Source of the DNA: Octopus sinensis
Taxonomy: Eukaryota
Assembly (NCBI RefSeq): GCF_006345805.1
Contig: NC_042999.1
Coordinates: forward strand, 80,476,001 to 80,540,000
Length of the DNA: 64,000 nt
Direction: 5' to 3'
Below are positions 12,874 to 24,790 of this stretch, one piece after another. Both the position numbers and the translations under genes were made by a program. Below the pieces are notes generated by a model. It was not told the origin of the DNA, ran no database searches, and saw nothing but the letters and a program-made list of their open reading frames with translations. Numbering within the stretch: position 1 is the stretch's first letter; each line of letters opens with the position of its first letter.

Positions 12874-14388
12874 GTATTCAATTAAGAGGTGAAAATGGAG
12901 AATTAGTTGTTAATATTTATATATTAAGAAAATAATAATCATTTCTTCCTACAGCTGTTTCCGTTGGTATTCACTGAATAATCTACAAACATATGCATTA
13001 AATTTGCATTTATATCTGATGAGTAAAATATCATGACTAAAAGATTACATGCTGATCTATCTGTTTATTCCAACAGTCTGAATATATGGAATTGCTTTAT
13101 TTTCCATTTATATATGTGCGTGAGTGTTAACGGATTAATCTGAATATGATAGAATAACGTAAAAAAATAAGTTAAGATTAAACAAGGAGTAAATTAAAAA
13201 TAGAAAATAAAACATGAAATAAAAATGAAATAAAGTAACATAAATACCATAAATATAAAATAAGGTAGAATATAATATATACTTATACAGGTACATATGT
13301 ACATATAGACATGCTTATATAAAAATATACATAAATATATACATACTTACTCATATGTCTGAAGAAACTACATACTGACTTTTATATATTAATATATGCC
13401 CATTGGTTGACGTAATTTAAATTTGTGTACATGTGGTTAAACATTTGAGGAAAATATCTTATCATAACGGTATATCAGTATATGCATGTGTTCAGAATTA
13501 TATGGTAATAAGACTCACATATACATGCATGTATATACGTAGAAACATACACACATACATGTATGTACATGAACAAGGCATACATACAAACACTCAAACA
13601 TAAGCATTATACCATTCAACTCAATAGTATTTGTTTATACTACAGTATAATTAAAATTATGCTTAGATTAAATTCATTTACTTAAATTAATATTAACATA
13701 ATGCATAGGTATATATCTCTCATATAACGATGACGATGAATATGCATTATTTGTTTACATTATCGATAGATAGAGATGTGGAGCATTACATCATCATAAT
13801 TGGTGTTTATAGAAAAACTACGGAATATTCTCAGTACGCAAGAATTTAGTTCATCTCTACTAATTAATTAATAAATATTCTTAATTATTGTAAAAATTTA
13901 TATTAACATAATATAGTAGGCCGCATATAGTGTATATCACAAGAGGAATATTCTGTATTATTCACTTTTATATAAATATAGAAAAAGTATATTATATTAG
14001 CTATAAGTAGAAATCTGGTGCGTTACATCATCACAATTAGTGTTTATAGAAATAGTTACGAAACATATTCGATACATAATGATTAAGTTAATCTCTATAA
14101 ATTGAAAAATAATTATTATTAATTAGTTTTTAAAATTTTATTGGAACATTAATTATTAATGTAAAATAATAAAGTTGAATATAGTATATATTACAAGAGA
14201 TGTAATCGATAATATTCATTTAGGTATGAATATAATTCTGCACACACGCATATACTGATAAACCGTAATGATAGATATTTTCTTGAAACGAGTAAAAATA
14301 TATACACAAATTCAAATTGCTTTAAACAATTGGATTAATATATATAAAGTCCATTTGTAGTTTCTTCATATGTATAAGTGTATATATA

Positions 14389-14463
<75 letters not shown>

Positions 14464-14654
14464 AGATAAGAAAATGGAGTGTTGGGTACTTCACTAGCAG
14501 TATATTGGATATACGTTATCCCATAGAGGGTTGCATTTACAACCCCTATCTCAATTTGTATATATATAAATATTAGGGAATAAATCCAAATTTACAGGGA
14601 GAATCAGATTTAGGATTGAATCCAATTTTATAGTAAAATATTATATAATATTAC

Positions 14655-14724
14655 TTAGAGACAAAACCACTATTTTGCAAATCAAACAAAGAAAGACTTA
14701 ATCCAATACATAAAAAAATTTATT

Positions 14725-14786
<62 letters not shown>

Positions 14787-15010
14787 CTTTATATTTTCAT
14801 TGATAAATTTATAGTTTTAGTCATTTTAAATTTATATCTTAAAAATATTGATTATTTTTAGATCTGAAATCCACCTGATGAATGTCCTGAGAAGAGACAT
14901 GAAACAATTGTGTGGCGAATATAATTTTATTTAATTTATATTAAAATTTTTTTTATGTATTGGATTAAGTCTTCTTTGTTTGATTTGCAAAATAGTGGTT
15001 TTGTCTCTAA
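14655..15010. repeat. About 66-bp inverted repeat enclosing a (TA)n tract and a hammerhead-like motif (probable inverted PLE tail)
   Basis: 14655-14720 is nearly the exact reverse complement of 14945-15010. Confidence 0.85.
14871..14915 (+). ncRNA. Type I hammerhead-like motif lacking the N17 cleavage nucleotide
   Basis: CCAC CTGATGA ATGTC-CTGAGAAGA-GACAT GAAA CAATTG T GTGG: 4-bp stem I, 5-bp stem II, palindromic stem III ACAATTGT. Confidence 0.6.
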
Positions 15011-15074
<64 letters not shown>

Positions 15075-15629
15075 GTGTGTGTGTATATGTATGTATATTT
15101 TTTATATATACATATCTATATGTACATATGTACCTATATGTTTATATATTATATAATTCCTTGTTTTATTTTACTTCTTATTTCATTTCGTCTTATCTAA
15201 TTTACTTTATTATATTCAAATGAATCCGTAAACCCTCACGCGAATACATTCAGAAGAAATAAAACAATTCCATGCATTTAGTCTGTTGGAATGAACAGAT
15301 AGGGCAACATGCAATTTATTAATGCTTAACATTTCCTTGATGATATTTTGCTCATAACATATAAATGAAAATTTAATGCATAAATTTCAAATTAATTCAA
15401 TGGTTACAAATGGAAACGGCTGTATGAAGAAATGATTAGCAATTCATTAAAAATACACATTGACCACTAACTCTCCATTTTCTTCTCTGAATTTAATACG
15501 ATTATATACTTAATATTTACCTATTGATTTAGGGAAACTTTATTTCTGAAACAAATAAGTTATAGAACCAAGTTTTTCTTGGTTATAATCATCCCTAAAG
15601 GAGGTTAATATATCCTGTAATTAAGTTAT

Positions 15630-16090
15630 ATAAGAGATAATGGTGTCATTGAGACCCAAAGGTGTCAGGACATGCTGAATAAGTGCCATAGACAGATCAT
15701 AGTTAAGTTCCAGATTCGGTAATATTGCGAATATAGGGTTCAACGAGGGTTCTATGACAGCATGTGTATATAAGAACTTTTTGCGTAATAAGATAAAAAA
15801 ACCAAGGCATATATATGGTATATATGCAATATTCCAATATCCTTTGAGTAAAATCCAAAACTCAAACAGAGTTTAATATGAGTCCTTCCAAATATAGAGT
15901 TTATAAGCAATGTAAGATTCTCTTATGAATAAGAACCAGCAGATTTTAAAACTTGGTCATTCCCAGTAGGGGATTTATATACCTTCCCTCGATAACATAA
16001 ATATCATTCTATCTTTAATCGATCCACCATGAAACTATCTTATTCAAACTCACCTAACTTTGAATCTATTATAGCAGATCTCTCTTTACA
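15630..16090 (-). mobile_element. Possible highly decayed PLE GIY-YIG region
   Basis: Weak motifs YRGKVYKSPTG...ENL.LLI and SLTPLGLND, resembling the linker and C-terminus of the PLE endonuclease. Confidence 0.3.
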
Positions 16091-16179
16091 ATCACAACTC
16101 ACATAACTACAACTCTACTAATACAAATAATCAACACACATACATATCCAGCATAGATACCCTTACATTTGGACACAAC

Positions 16180-16884
16180 GTATTCTCCATTTGAAGCAAT
16201 GCATCGATCTAGGCTCGTTTTCCACTGTTTGTAGCAGCACTGGAAATCTTGCGAAGTGATGCCTTTTAACGCCACCGTCGTTTTTTTTTTATTCGCTTCT
16301 TCCACATCTGCAAGTTCCGTAGCAGCAGCTTTCGTCCCCTGTGATGACCTACAGAAAAAAGTCCCAGATCAACTTCCAGCTGTTCTTTCAGTTCACGACA
16401 CGCATTCAGTAGTGACAGGTTCTGATCTTCTGTGAGACAGCGAGGTACAAACTTTGCTGCAAGTCTGTTCATTCGCAATTTCTCGCTCAAAATTCATTGG
16501 CAAGGGGTCCAGCACACACCAGTTATATCAACAGGTTCATCAATTGTATGATGACGGTCCTCAGAAATCAGTTCAAGAATTTTCATGATGTGTACTTGTG
16601 TTTGAAGCAAAAGAACTGTTTCTGCCGTCGTTTTCCCAGCAGAAAACAGAATTTCATAGAAGCACATTGTTTCTTCGTTTTAGCCATCGCAAAAATCGTC
16701 GAACAGGAGAGAAGCACTGCAAAACAAAGACCGACCACGTGGCAGCATGACACCATTGGACAACGCCTGTCGGCAAACTAATGCCTGTCGGTCGTATCAA
16801 GTGGCTTCTAGTGGCGGAAGCGTTAACCACAACAGGCTTGTCCCACAGAGAACATTTCCGCTTATTTTTGGGTACCTCTTCGTA
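16180..16884 (-). mobile_element. Internally deleted mariner element
   Basis: LRMNRLAAKFVPRCLTEDQ and LKGITSQDFQCCYKQWKTSLDRCIASNGEY; one TIR-like end TACGAAGAGGTACCCAAAAATAAG ending at 16884. Confidence 0.8.
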
Positions 16885-17139
16885 CTACAACTACTATAGA
16901 TGATGTATTTTATAATCATGATGATGATTATGATAACAATAGGTAATGACAATGATTTTAATCAAGTTGGTGATCATGAAGAGATCCTTTCCTCTGCTCT
17001 TCATCGGTATCGTCTCAAAAACTGACAGTAATATAAACGATGATTGTGATGAACGTAAATTTTATAAGTCTTTCATGAGTAAGATGATAGTTTTCTTGGA
17101 GATGACCTTAGCCATGACAATAATAACGATGATTATAAT

Positions 17140-17437
17140 CGTAGAGATTATTTTGAATTTGATAATAGCGGTGATCAAAATGATGATGATGATGATGATG
17201 ATAATGATGATGACGATGGTGATGATTGTTAAGCTGCGTATGGTGATACTGATCTTTATTATCGTCCATATGGCGAAAGCAGTCATTTTCATCAAGTCGA
17301 TAGCAACTTTGATGGGGTAAGTGATGACTAAGTTGATGTGATGAATTTTAAGTAGTAGTAGTAGTTGTTGTTGTGGTGGAGTGGTGGTGGCAGTTTTGGT
17401 AGTGGTGGTGATAGTAGTAGCAGTGGTTGTGGTATTA

Positions 17438-17468
<31 letters not shown>

Positions 17469-17629
17469 CAGAAGTAGTGGTGGTGGTGGTGGTAGTAGTA
17501 GTAGTAGCAGCAGCAGAAGAAGAAGAAGAAGAAGAAGAAGAAGAAAAGAAGAAGAAGAAGAAGAAGAAGAAAAGAAGAAGAAGCAGAAGAAGAAGAAGAA
17601 GAAAAAGAAGAAGAAGAAAAAAGAAGATA

Positions 17630-17662
<33 letters not shown>

Positions 17663-17706
17663 GTGTTGATTCTGATGTTGGTAATGTTCAATATCATCAA
17701 CATCTT

Positions 17707-17737
<31 letters not shown>

Positions 17738-17765
17738 AGCATCACGACGACGACGAAGACAGAGG
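17140..17765. repeat. Compound trinucleotide microsatellite (GAT, AGT, GGT, GAA, CAT, CAG, GAC)n
   Basis: Direct reading; explains the homopolymeric ORFs in all frames. Confidence 0.95.
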
Positions 17766-18185
17766 TTGTTGACGCAGACCACAAACACGATGATGTTGAT
17801 GTGTTGATGATAATGGCGAGTGAAGATCTTGCCGACGACGATGATAATCGCAATGATAAAATGCGATAATTAAAAGTAATGTTCTGGTAATGCTTTGCTG
17901 CTACTAGGAAGGAGAATGTTGCCGTTACATATTGGAGTTCTGCAGAGTAAGTAACGGTGGCTAATGTCACTTCTCATAAATAATGAATTCAGTAAGGAGT
18001 TAAATAATAATTAAGCTGATTAGAAGGTGTGATGCAGACAGGCTGGTGAATTCTAGACCTGAATTTAGTAGCAATTCCGGAGACAGGAAAACGCCTTGTA
18101 TAACACGCATATAGCACAGACTCAGACACGGATACACACCCACGCGCTCACACACACTCACCACACACACACATACATATGTATA

Positions 18186-18236
<51 letters not shown>

Positions 18237-18242
18237 TATATG

Positions 18243-18285
<43 letters not shown>

Positions 18286-18806
18286 CATGTGTGTGTGTGT
18301 GTGTGTGGTATGTGTGTGTGTGTGTGTGTATGTTTGTATGTATGCTTGCATATTTGATGATGAATCAGAGCAGAAACCGCTTGCAGCACGTTCTGCCAAG
18401 TTTGTAGAGGCAATTAAATACCGGAAGAAGAAGAAGAAGAAGAAGAAGAAGAAAAGAAGAAGAGAGAGAGAGAGAGAGAATAGAGAGTGTAAGAGTAAGA
18501 GAAGGCAAGATAGGTAAAGACTCTACATGAATTAAATCGTCAAGTTAAACTTTGACAATTAAAGTGTGTTAATTTCTCCCTTTTCTATTTTCTTTTATTC
18601 CATTGTGGCCCTCTCGGACTCACTCGCATTAATTATTTCGTTCTCTCCCTCATTTTCCTCAGTCTTCCCCATCTCTCTCTATCTCTCTCTTTCTCTGTCT
18701 CCCTCTCAGACGCAACACGCACAAATATTTGATGTCAAAACCTTCCAGGACTTGTTATGCTTAATAAAAATAAGTTAAATAATACATACATACATACATA
18801 TTTACA

Positions 18807-19956
18807 TATTGGGCTGGCAACTAAGTTCCCGGCGGTTTTTCAAATTAATTTTTTTTAAACGTTTAATAAAGAATAACAACTAATTAATCAATAATGTATT
18901 CACCCTTCTTTAAAACTTCTTCCAAACCTTCAACAAGATTTCAGTACCTTGTTGGTAGAAATCACCCGATTTCGACACGAAAAATTGATCCAACCAAGCT
19001 CTCAATTCTGCATCAGTATTGAACGAAACTCTGCGCAGAGCATTTGAAAGAGATCGAAAGAGGTGGAAATCCGTTGGTTCCAAATCAGGAGAGTATGGTG
19101 GGTGTGGCAGCACTTCCAGCCATACGTTTAAATGACTTCCTTGGTCATATTGGCGATAGGAGGGCGGGCGTTGTCGTGCAGCAGAAGAACTCCATGCTGC
19201 CGATTAGGTCTTTTCTCTTGAACAGCCACGTTGAGTCGCTCCATCTGTTGAGCATAGGGTTCCACGTTGACCGATTGGTTCCGTTGAAGCAATTCGTGAT
19301 AGATAATCCCTTCCCAATCCTACTATACGCACAACATCGTTTTACGTGGATGAAGATCTTGTTTCACGTGTGGTGTCGCTTGTTTACCGGGGCTAAGATA
19401 TTCCTTACGATGCTTCATATTGATATACAGGCACCATTTTTCTTCACCAGTAACGATTCGGCAAAGAAATCGTTGCTTGTGTCCATGAGTTGAGCGGTGA
19501 CGTGCAAGCAAACCAGTGGAGATTGTGGCGCGTTGATTTTTGTTGTTGTCACTTAAAGCATGCGGAACCTATGCTCCATACTTCTGAACCTTTCCTATCG
19601 AGTGAAGATCCTTCTCTATAATAGTTTGGAAGCATTCCATTGTCTCTTCCAGTTCCATTGTCGTTTCACGAGAATTTTCGTGCCAAAAGTTGGTTTAATC
19701 GCACTTCATCGCACTCAACTGGACGGCTAGAACGAGGTGCAAAATTTCCACTTTTGAAATTTGCGCACCAATCACGAGCGGCTCTTGCAGCTATGGTACC
19801 CTCTCCATACAAGCACAAATGTCGCAAGCAGCTTTTGCGGCCTTAGAACTTTGATTAAAAGGAAAAAGAAGGAGGTGTCGAAAATACTCGTGATTCTTAA
19901 CCTGACATTCCATTTTAATGATCTGAAAATAAACAAAATTTACAAAACTTAGCTGT
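18807..19956 (-). mobile_element. Mariner (DD34D) element, both TIRs recognisable, transposase inactivated
   Basis: RIVTGEEKWCLY (first D changed to E), LLHDNARP, LPHPPYSPDLEPTDFHLFRSL; termini TATTGGGCTGGCAACTAAGT and ACTTAGCTGTCAATCCAAT; (CATA)n on both sides. Confidence 0.9.
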
Positions 19957-20029
19957 CAATCCAATCCATACATACATACATACATACATACATACATACA
20001 TACATACACACACGCGCACACACACACAT

Positions 20030-20074
<45 letters not shown>

Positions 20075-20495
20075 TGTAAATGTTAGTATGCCAACAAAAG
20101 CAGTTACACTGTCTTCGATTATCATATGCAATCAAATAGTACCAATGAATAACACGCCACAACCAGCTGTAAAGAATGCAAAACCCAAGGGACCGATGCA
20201 CAATGAGTGGAAACGATTGTAGTGACTAATAATAACGTATCTCATGAATTCCATATTCTCTTTCACACACAAACAAACATACACACACAAACACACACAC
20301 ACACACACAGAGTTCGATTCTTGACCGCAACACTTTGGACCAATGTATTACAACATAGCCTACTCTTGGCCAAAACATGACGCTTGCAGTTTTCGTGGCC
20401 TTAAGAAATTGCTGTATGCCTACATGCATGCATATGTTGACACATTCATACAACAACCCTGCATGTACATACGCGCAGGCTCGCATTCACACACA

Positions 20496-20554
<59 letters not shown>

Positions 20555-20555
20555 T

Positions 20556-21350
20556 AGACAGAATGAGTTAACAAATCCAAAACTGCGAGGAATTTTCAGG
20601 AGATTTGTTATGAAATAGTCTTACAGCTGTTTCTGGGATATTATGGATATCCCTTCATCAGAGACGGTTCGAGAAAATATCTGCGTTCGAATTATTGTGG
20701 AAAAGGAGAAGGTAGGGAATATAGAAGGAAATAAGAGAATGGAAGTAGAAATACAATATATAAAATATTGTAGTTGCAGTTCCATTATTCGAGAAAAATA
20801 GTGTATAGAAGTAGTAAAAAGTTTCCTATTTATGGTATGTAATTTCCAATAGCAGGTCATGTTTAGTCATTTCAAAGTATGGATCCGTGGAATCAGTGTT
20901 GCTCGTTCGAAAGTGTTTTGTGGCGTGAATGAAATTTTGAGAATGCGTTGGTAGTATTTGTGGATGGATGGAAGGAGATATATATGAAGAGAAAGAGGAG
21001 ATAGGTCAAATCTAAAACAGGAAGAGAAAATGAGAGGAAGAACGAGAGCAAAAAGAAGTAAAGAAATAAGGGGGAGAAAAAAGGAGAGGGAAAAAAATCA
21101 AGAGTGAATAAAAGTGAAGAAAGAGTGAAAGAAGTGAGAAAGGGAGTGGTAGTTGGTGGTCAAGATAATATAATGGGAGGAACGGAAAGGTGTGGAGGAT
21201 GAATAGGAAGAGATGAGAAGGTAAGGAGTAAAATAATGTAAGATATGTGAGGAGGGGTGATATGACAGAACTACACTCAGGGATGGGTAGGGAAAAGGTA
21301 GTGGAAAGGTATGGGTTGGTTGATACCGAAGTGAGTAGTACTTTTGGTAG
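20556..21350 (-). mobile_element. PLE 3' tail/pseudo-LTR remnant (pyrimidine-rich UTR plus hammerhead)
   Basis: Similar in sequence and layout to 36400-37140; carries the hammerhead at 20618-20665 and ends at a (TA)n tract. Confidence 0.6.
20618..20665 (-). ncRNA. Minimal type I hammerhead ribozyme motif, nearly intact
   Basis: GTCT CTGATGA A GGGATAT-CCATA-ATATCCC A GAAA CAGCTG TA AGAC: 7-bp stem II, palindromic stem III ACAGCTGT, A-A mismatch at the base of stem II. Confidence 0.75.
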
Positions 21351-21373
21351 TATATATGCATGTATATATGTAG

Positions 21374-21436
<63 letters not shown>

Positions 21437-22903
21437 TATGTGTGTGTGTGTGTGTTTGTATACACGATACTAGTTCTAACAATTTTGTATATCAAATTTA
21501 TCTGTTCTGTAATATAGTAGAAAGTATCTATAAATTTAACCCAACACTTTTAGGAATGGACAGCAGGAAGCGCCTTATTTACAATAACTTCGTTGAAAGA
21601 ATAAGAATTTCTGAACGTCTTGTATTGCTACAACGCATTCCGTCTTCTTTGTACACTTAACACATCAATTGTGTGATACCATTGTTCTCATTTTCTCTTC
21701 TACTCTAATTCGTATTGTATCAATTTACGTAGGTCCACAAAGTAAGTATAGACAGACAAAAGCAGTTAAGTATTAGATACAATATGTCACTCAGTGAAAA
21801 ACGGAGTAATTTCAATTTTGTCGTTTGGACTATGACGCCGATCGCGTAACCTATTTTGTTCCTCATGAAGACAATGTATATAATATATTACAGTGCTGGC
21901 CAAAATCTGTGGATATGCCATTACGAAATAGATGAGAGGAACATACAGATACACATAATAATCCACACACACACGCACACATTTATTTTTACACCCACAC
22001 ATGCATACACACAAGTATATATATATTTATATATATATGTAGATAAACATACATATATATATATACACCTTTGCTATTATATATATATATGTATATATGA
22101 AAGGCAGGATATGTGTGTGATTGTGTGTGTGTGTGTGTGTACGTGACTGTGTTTTACACACGTTCACAAATTAGAATGCATGTCGCTCCAATTTTAGGGC
22201 ATTCGTCATGACTCTAGTTGTATTTTCGTCAACTTATTTTTACCAGAGGCACCAGGAAATAGATGTAAAAATTAATTTTCAACTAAAACTTTTAACAATT
22301 TTCAAGTCGGAGAAATCACCAGTTTTGCAAACAGGAGTTAAGTCCTCTTCTAGCGACGAGTAAATTTTCGTTAAGACTTTTGTTGTTTTTTTTCCAATCA
22401 GGACAAAAGTGTTTTATTGATATACGGACAACACACACACGTACAAAAAAAAACATGAATGCAATAGGTGTACCATAAATACATGAATGGTTACCATAAA
22501 ATATTATACCATGGGTTACAATAGCACCTTAAAATGAAGTTCTTACCATTCCTTACCATTTCTATATCGTTATTTTTTGTTTTGTTTTACTCTATTATTC
22601 TAACTTACTTTCCCACATGTTAGTTTCTTAACATTTGGTCTTTCTGACGAAGCATTGGGGCTCAACCAATGTCCAATCCCTGTTCAATGTTTGTTCATCT
22701 ATATATATATATCACTGACGGGATGAGGATAACCTTGAAGATTTGGCAGCCTCATAGAAGAATCAGCTGTAAGAGTTTAGTATTTGTACACTCATCTATT
22801 CTTATTCGTTTATTTTTATGAACAGCATCTGGGAATCAGTATTAAGGAATGATAGGAGAATATTAGATTTATAAGACCTAAAATTCACTCCATAATTGCC
22901 CAC

Positions 22904-22974
22904 GGGCATATGGCGTAGTGGTTAAGAGCGCGATCTACTAACCCCAAGCATCCGAATTTGATTCAAGCCAGTGA

Positions 22975-22980
<6 letters not shown>
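22904..22980 (+). mobile_element. Short tRNA-derived SINE head ending in (TAA)n
   Basis: A-box-like TGGCGTAGTGG, decayed B-box GAATTTGATTC; no acceptor stem or CCA. Confidence 0.6.
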
Positions 22981-23045
<65 letters not shown>

Positions 23046-23046
23046 T

Positions 23047-23094
<48 letters not shown>

Positions 23095-23095
23095 T

Positions 23096-23317
23096 GTGTG
23101 CGGTATGGGCTACTCAACCAGAAGAAAATTCTAACTGGGCCCCCCTGCAAAGTCGTGTGCTGTTTATCTTGATATGTGATCACCATGTCGCGCACATATG
23201 GCTGTAATGCATGTGCTTGGTGTACCCTTATCAGACGGGTAGTCATGATGGGTATACTGGGCTTCGTATATTTTCCCCAGTGTCACTTTAATGGCATGCA
23301 CTGCTCTCTCACTCAAT
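23096..23317 (+). mobile_element. Non-coding insert embedded in (TAA)n, probably the 3' end of another retroelement
   Basis: 222 bp of complex sequence bounded on both sides by (AAT)n. Family identity is inferred only. Confidence 0.4.
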
Positions 23318-23318
23318 G

Positions 23319-23368
<50 letters not shown>

Positions 23369-23369
23369 G

Positions 23370-23406
<37 letters not shown>

Positions 23407-23471
23407 TAATAATAATAATTATTATTATTATTATTATAATAGCAATAATAATAGCAATAATAATAATAATG

Positions 23472-23525
<54 letters not shown>

Positions 23526-23531
<6 letters not shown>

Positions 23532-24459
23532 CTGTTCTCAGTATTTAAGGAAGCTGACAAATACAAACAAGAAATCATACCACCTAATAAACACAAAGAA
23601 GAAGAAGAAGATGATGAAGAAACAACAAAAGCTATAAAACAAATGAAATCCAAACTAAAAATAGTACAGCAACGAGCCATGATAAAACGATGGCAAGAAA
23701 AGCCCCTTCATGGTAAATACTGGACTAAACTAAACGCAAAAGAAATAGACAAAGAAAAATCCCAGCAATGAGTTGAGAAGCTCAGGACTCAAAGCAGAAA
23801 CAGAGGGATTTTTAATTGCAGCACAAGACCAAAGCCTCCCCACCAGAAATTACCAAAAACATGTGATGAAAAGAAATATTACAAGTAACTGCAGAATATG
23901 TGGAGATGGACAAGAAACAATAAATCATATTATCTCTAGCTGCCCAGTCCTGGCTAAGAAGGAATATATTCACAGACATGACAGAGTTGGAACCTACATA
24001 CATTGGAAGCTATGCCAACATTATGGAATAACAACAGAAAAAAGATGGTATAGGCACACACCAGAAAAGGTCACAGAAAACGAGAAAGCAACCATACTCT
24101 GGGATATGCCGATACACACAGATAGTGAAATTAAGGCCAACAGACCAGATATAGTTGTCAGAGATCATGAAGAAAAAAAATGCTTTCTAATTGATGTATC
24201 AATACCGGCTGATGACAACGTGTCTCTAAAAGAAATGGAGAAACTCTCAAAATACAAAGACCTGGAAATAGAGGTAACTAGAATGTGGAATCTGAAAACA
24301 GAAACAATTCCTATCATAGTAGGTGCATTAGGCATGATAAAAAAATACTCAGACAAATACATAACAAAAACACCAGGACTTACAAACACATATAACATAC
24401 AGAGAATTGCACTACTAGGCACTGCACACATCCTACGCAGAGCACTTTCCATACAATAA
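23526..24459 (+). pseudogene. C-terminal part of the R4/Dong ORF, broken by one 1-nt insertion near 23770
   Basis: ORFs 23316-23771 and 23773-24459 join if CAA TGA G TTG is read as CAA TGG TTG (QWL). Confidence 0.85.
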
Positions 24460-24553
24460 CCATCAGAGCATCACAACAAATCACAGCACATGCCCAAGGC
24501 ACACAGAGCTGCGCTCGGTAGTGAAGTGAAAGCACGCTATAAAAATAAAACTA

Positions 24554-24558
<5 letters not shown>
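23526..24558 (+). mobile_element. 5'-truncated R4/Dong-like non-LTR retrotransposon inserted in (TAA)n
   Basis: RWQEKPLHGKY...GLKAETEGFLIAAQDQSL...CRICGDGQETINHIISSC (CCHC)...RHDRV...NRPDIVVRD...LIDVSIP...EKLSKYKDL (PD-(D/E)xK REL); 3' UTR ends AAAATAAAACTACTGAA(TAA)n. Confidence 0.93.
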
Positions 24559-24624
<66 letters not shown>

Positions 24625-24648
24625 TATAATAACAAGAACAACAACAAC

Positions 24649-24790
24649 ATCGAAAAATACCTTAGGAATGAGAACCCAGGTCCGAGATTTCCCCAAGACA
24701 CCTGATGAAGTCTGGAGGGTATATCAGCCGATACGTTGTGTTAACAACAAACAAGATGAGGACAAATACCCTTTAAATGTATATAGTGTA
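24649..24790 (+). mobile_element. PLE-type tail with decayed hammerhead (24698-24741)
   Basis: ACAC CTGATGA A GTCTG-GAGGGTATAT-CAGCC GATA CG TT GTGT; GAAA changed to GATA and one stem II mismatch. Confidence 0.65.

Noticed and set aside
12940-12985. GAAACAGCTGTA on the minus strand, the same stem III as 20618
   Set aside because: The upstream CUGAUGA core is not recognisable; too eroded to call.
17062-17970. Long ORFs of 117-302 aa in several frames
   Set aside because: They are translations of trinucleotide microsatellites, open on both strands with homopolymeric runs; no domain or splice evidence.
22640-22685. CTGACGA followed by a 6-bp hairpin
   Set aside because: No GAAA and no stem I; at best a very eroded relic.
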